The notes beneath the pieces are model-generated. The model searched no databases and was not told where the DNA came from. It saw nothing but the letters and a program-made list of their open reading frames with translations. A program made the position numbers and the translations under genes. Positions 61,968 to 64,000 of a stretch of DNA of 64,000 bases are shown here, one piece after another. The stretch comes from the human T2T-CHM13v2.0 reference genome, Homo sapiens. How positions within the stretch are numbered: position 1 is the first letter of the stretch; each line of letters starts with the position of its first letter. The DNA lies in assembly GCF_009914755.1 (NCBI RefSeq), contig NC_060937.1. One strand, written 5' to 3'.

Positions 61968-62290
61968 TCAGTGCTTCTCAAATGTTAATATGTATATGAG
62001 TCACCTAGGAAAATCATTAAAATGTAGATTCCAATTCAGTACATCTGATTGGGTCCTGAGTTCCTGCATTTCTAACAGTTCCTTAAGTGATTCTGCTGAT
62101 GGTGTTCAAGAATCACACTTTGAAACGCAAGACATTTAGAACTTACCTGTCTGCCTTCGCTCCTTTCCCAGTGGTCTAAACTAATAACGTTTTCAGGCTT
62201 CATCTTGTATTAGAGTTCACTGGAGAGTTTTAAGCACACAAATTGTTCTCATCAACAAATTCTGAATCGGTAGGTTTGGGGGGTAAGTCC
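61968..62290. mobile_element. MER5-type hAT-Charlie DNA transposon fragments
   Basis: cagtgcttctcaaa...gagtcacctagg...ctgcatttctaacag...cacactttgaaacgcaag; second fragment at ~62185-62290. Confidence 0.7.
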
Positions 62291-62739
62291 AAGATCCATC
62301 AAGCCACATTCTCCAGATTTTCCTAATCCATCTCTCACCTTCCTGTTCAGTTTCCTTTGATGATACCACACCCTTGCCAGATCCCTAAATGTTAGAATGC
62401 TCAGAGCTCTTTATCTGCACTTCACCTATGTGAGCGCATGTAATCACTTGGTCTTACACAACATAAATATGTGGATTCCCCAATTTATATTTCTAGCCCT
62501 TAATCTTTCTCCTAGGGACAATATCAGTATATTTGACTATCTACTTATCAGGAGTATTGGATTACTAATTGGCATTTTCAAGTTACACAATTCTTGCATT
62601 TTTTTAGAAAATTCCCCTGAATTTACCGTTCTTGTATATGGCACACTGATGACCTAGTTGCTCAATGCAGGAAAAAAGGTATTTGGAGTATCGTCCTTGA
62701 CACATGTTACATAAAAATCTAAAATGCCTCTCCCATCAA

Positions 62740-63713
<974 letters not shown>

Positions 63714-63789
63714 ACTCTCATTTCTTAACAGGACTTGCTTCTTCCCCATTTTCTCAACATTCTATTCACTAATCTCTAGCATATTTACA

Positions 63790-64000
63790 TTTGTTTCCTG
63801 TTGCCACGGAGACAAATTACCACAAACTTAGTGGCTTAAAACAACCAGCATTTATTTTTCTACATTTCTAAAGGTTAAAAGTCTGAAATCAGTCTCACTG
63901 GGCTAAAGTCAAGGTGTTGAGAGGGCTGGTTCCTTCTAGAAATTCTGAGGAAAGAATTCATTTCCTTTCCTTTTATTCAGATTCCTGTGGTCATCTATGT
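63790..64000 (-). mobile_element. MLT1 LTR, truncated by the window edge
   Basis: acaaattaccacaaacttagtggcttaaaacaac...aaatcagtctcactgggctaaagtcaagg. Confidence 0.75.

Overview
Primate (almost certainly human) genomic DNA: AT-rich and dense in repeats. The only intact coding sequence is the last exon of protocadherin-9 (PCDH9, minus strand). Its CDS portion is 52589-52962, its ~1.8 kb 3'UTR ends near 50770, and 52963-64000 is the end of its last intron. This places the window on 13q21 (from recall). Downstream of PCDH9 lie a decayed TRIM75/TRIM60-family pseudogene (~16974-18700), a full-length but dead L1PA3 (1664-7737), a full THE1A provirus abutting an inverted THE1 solo LTR, a nested MaLR/L1/MST block, MER11 and LTR1-type solo LTRs, and many Alu, MIR, L2 and DNA-transposon fragments. 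I found no evidence for a new multi-gene system. The most interesting signals are mechanistic footprints: a 21-nt 3' transduction tag on the L1PA3, a duplication with a templated inverted insertion, a probable L1-mediated deletion, a ~165-bp local duplication, and an ancient MITE-like palindrome ~10 kb downstream of PCDH9. Subfamily calls come from recalled consensus sequences and need RepeatMasker/Dfam confirmation.
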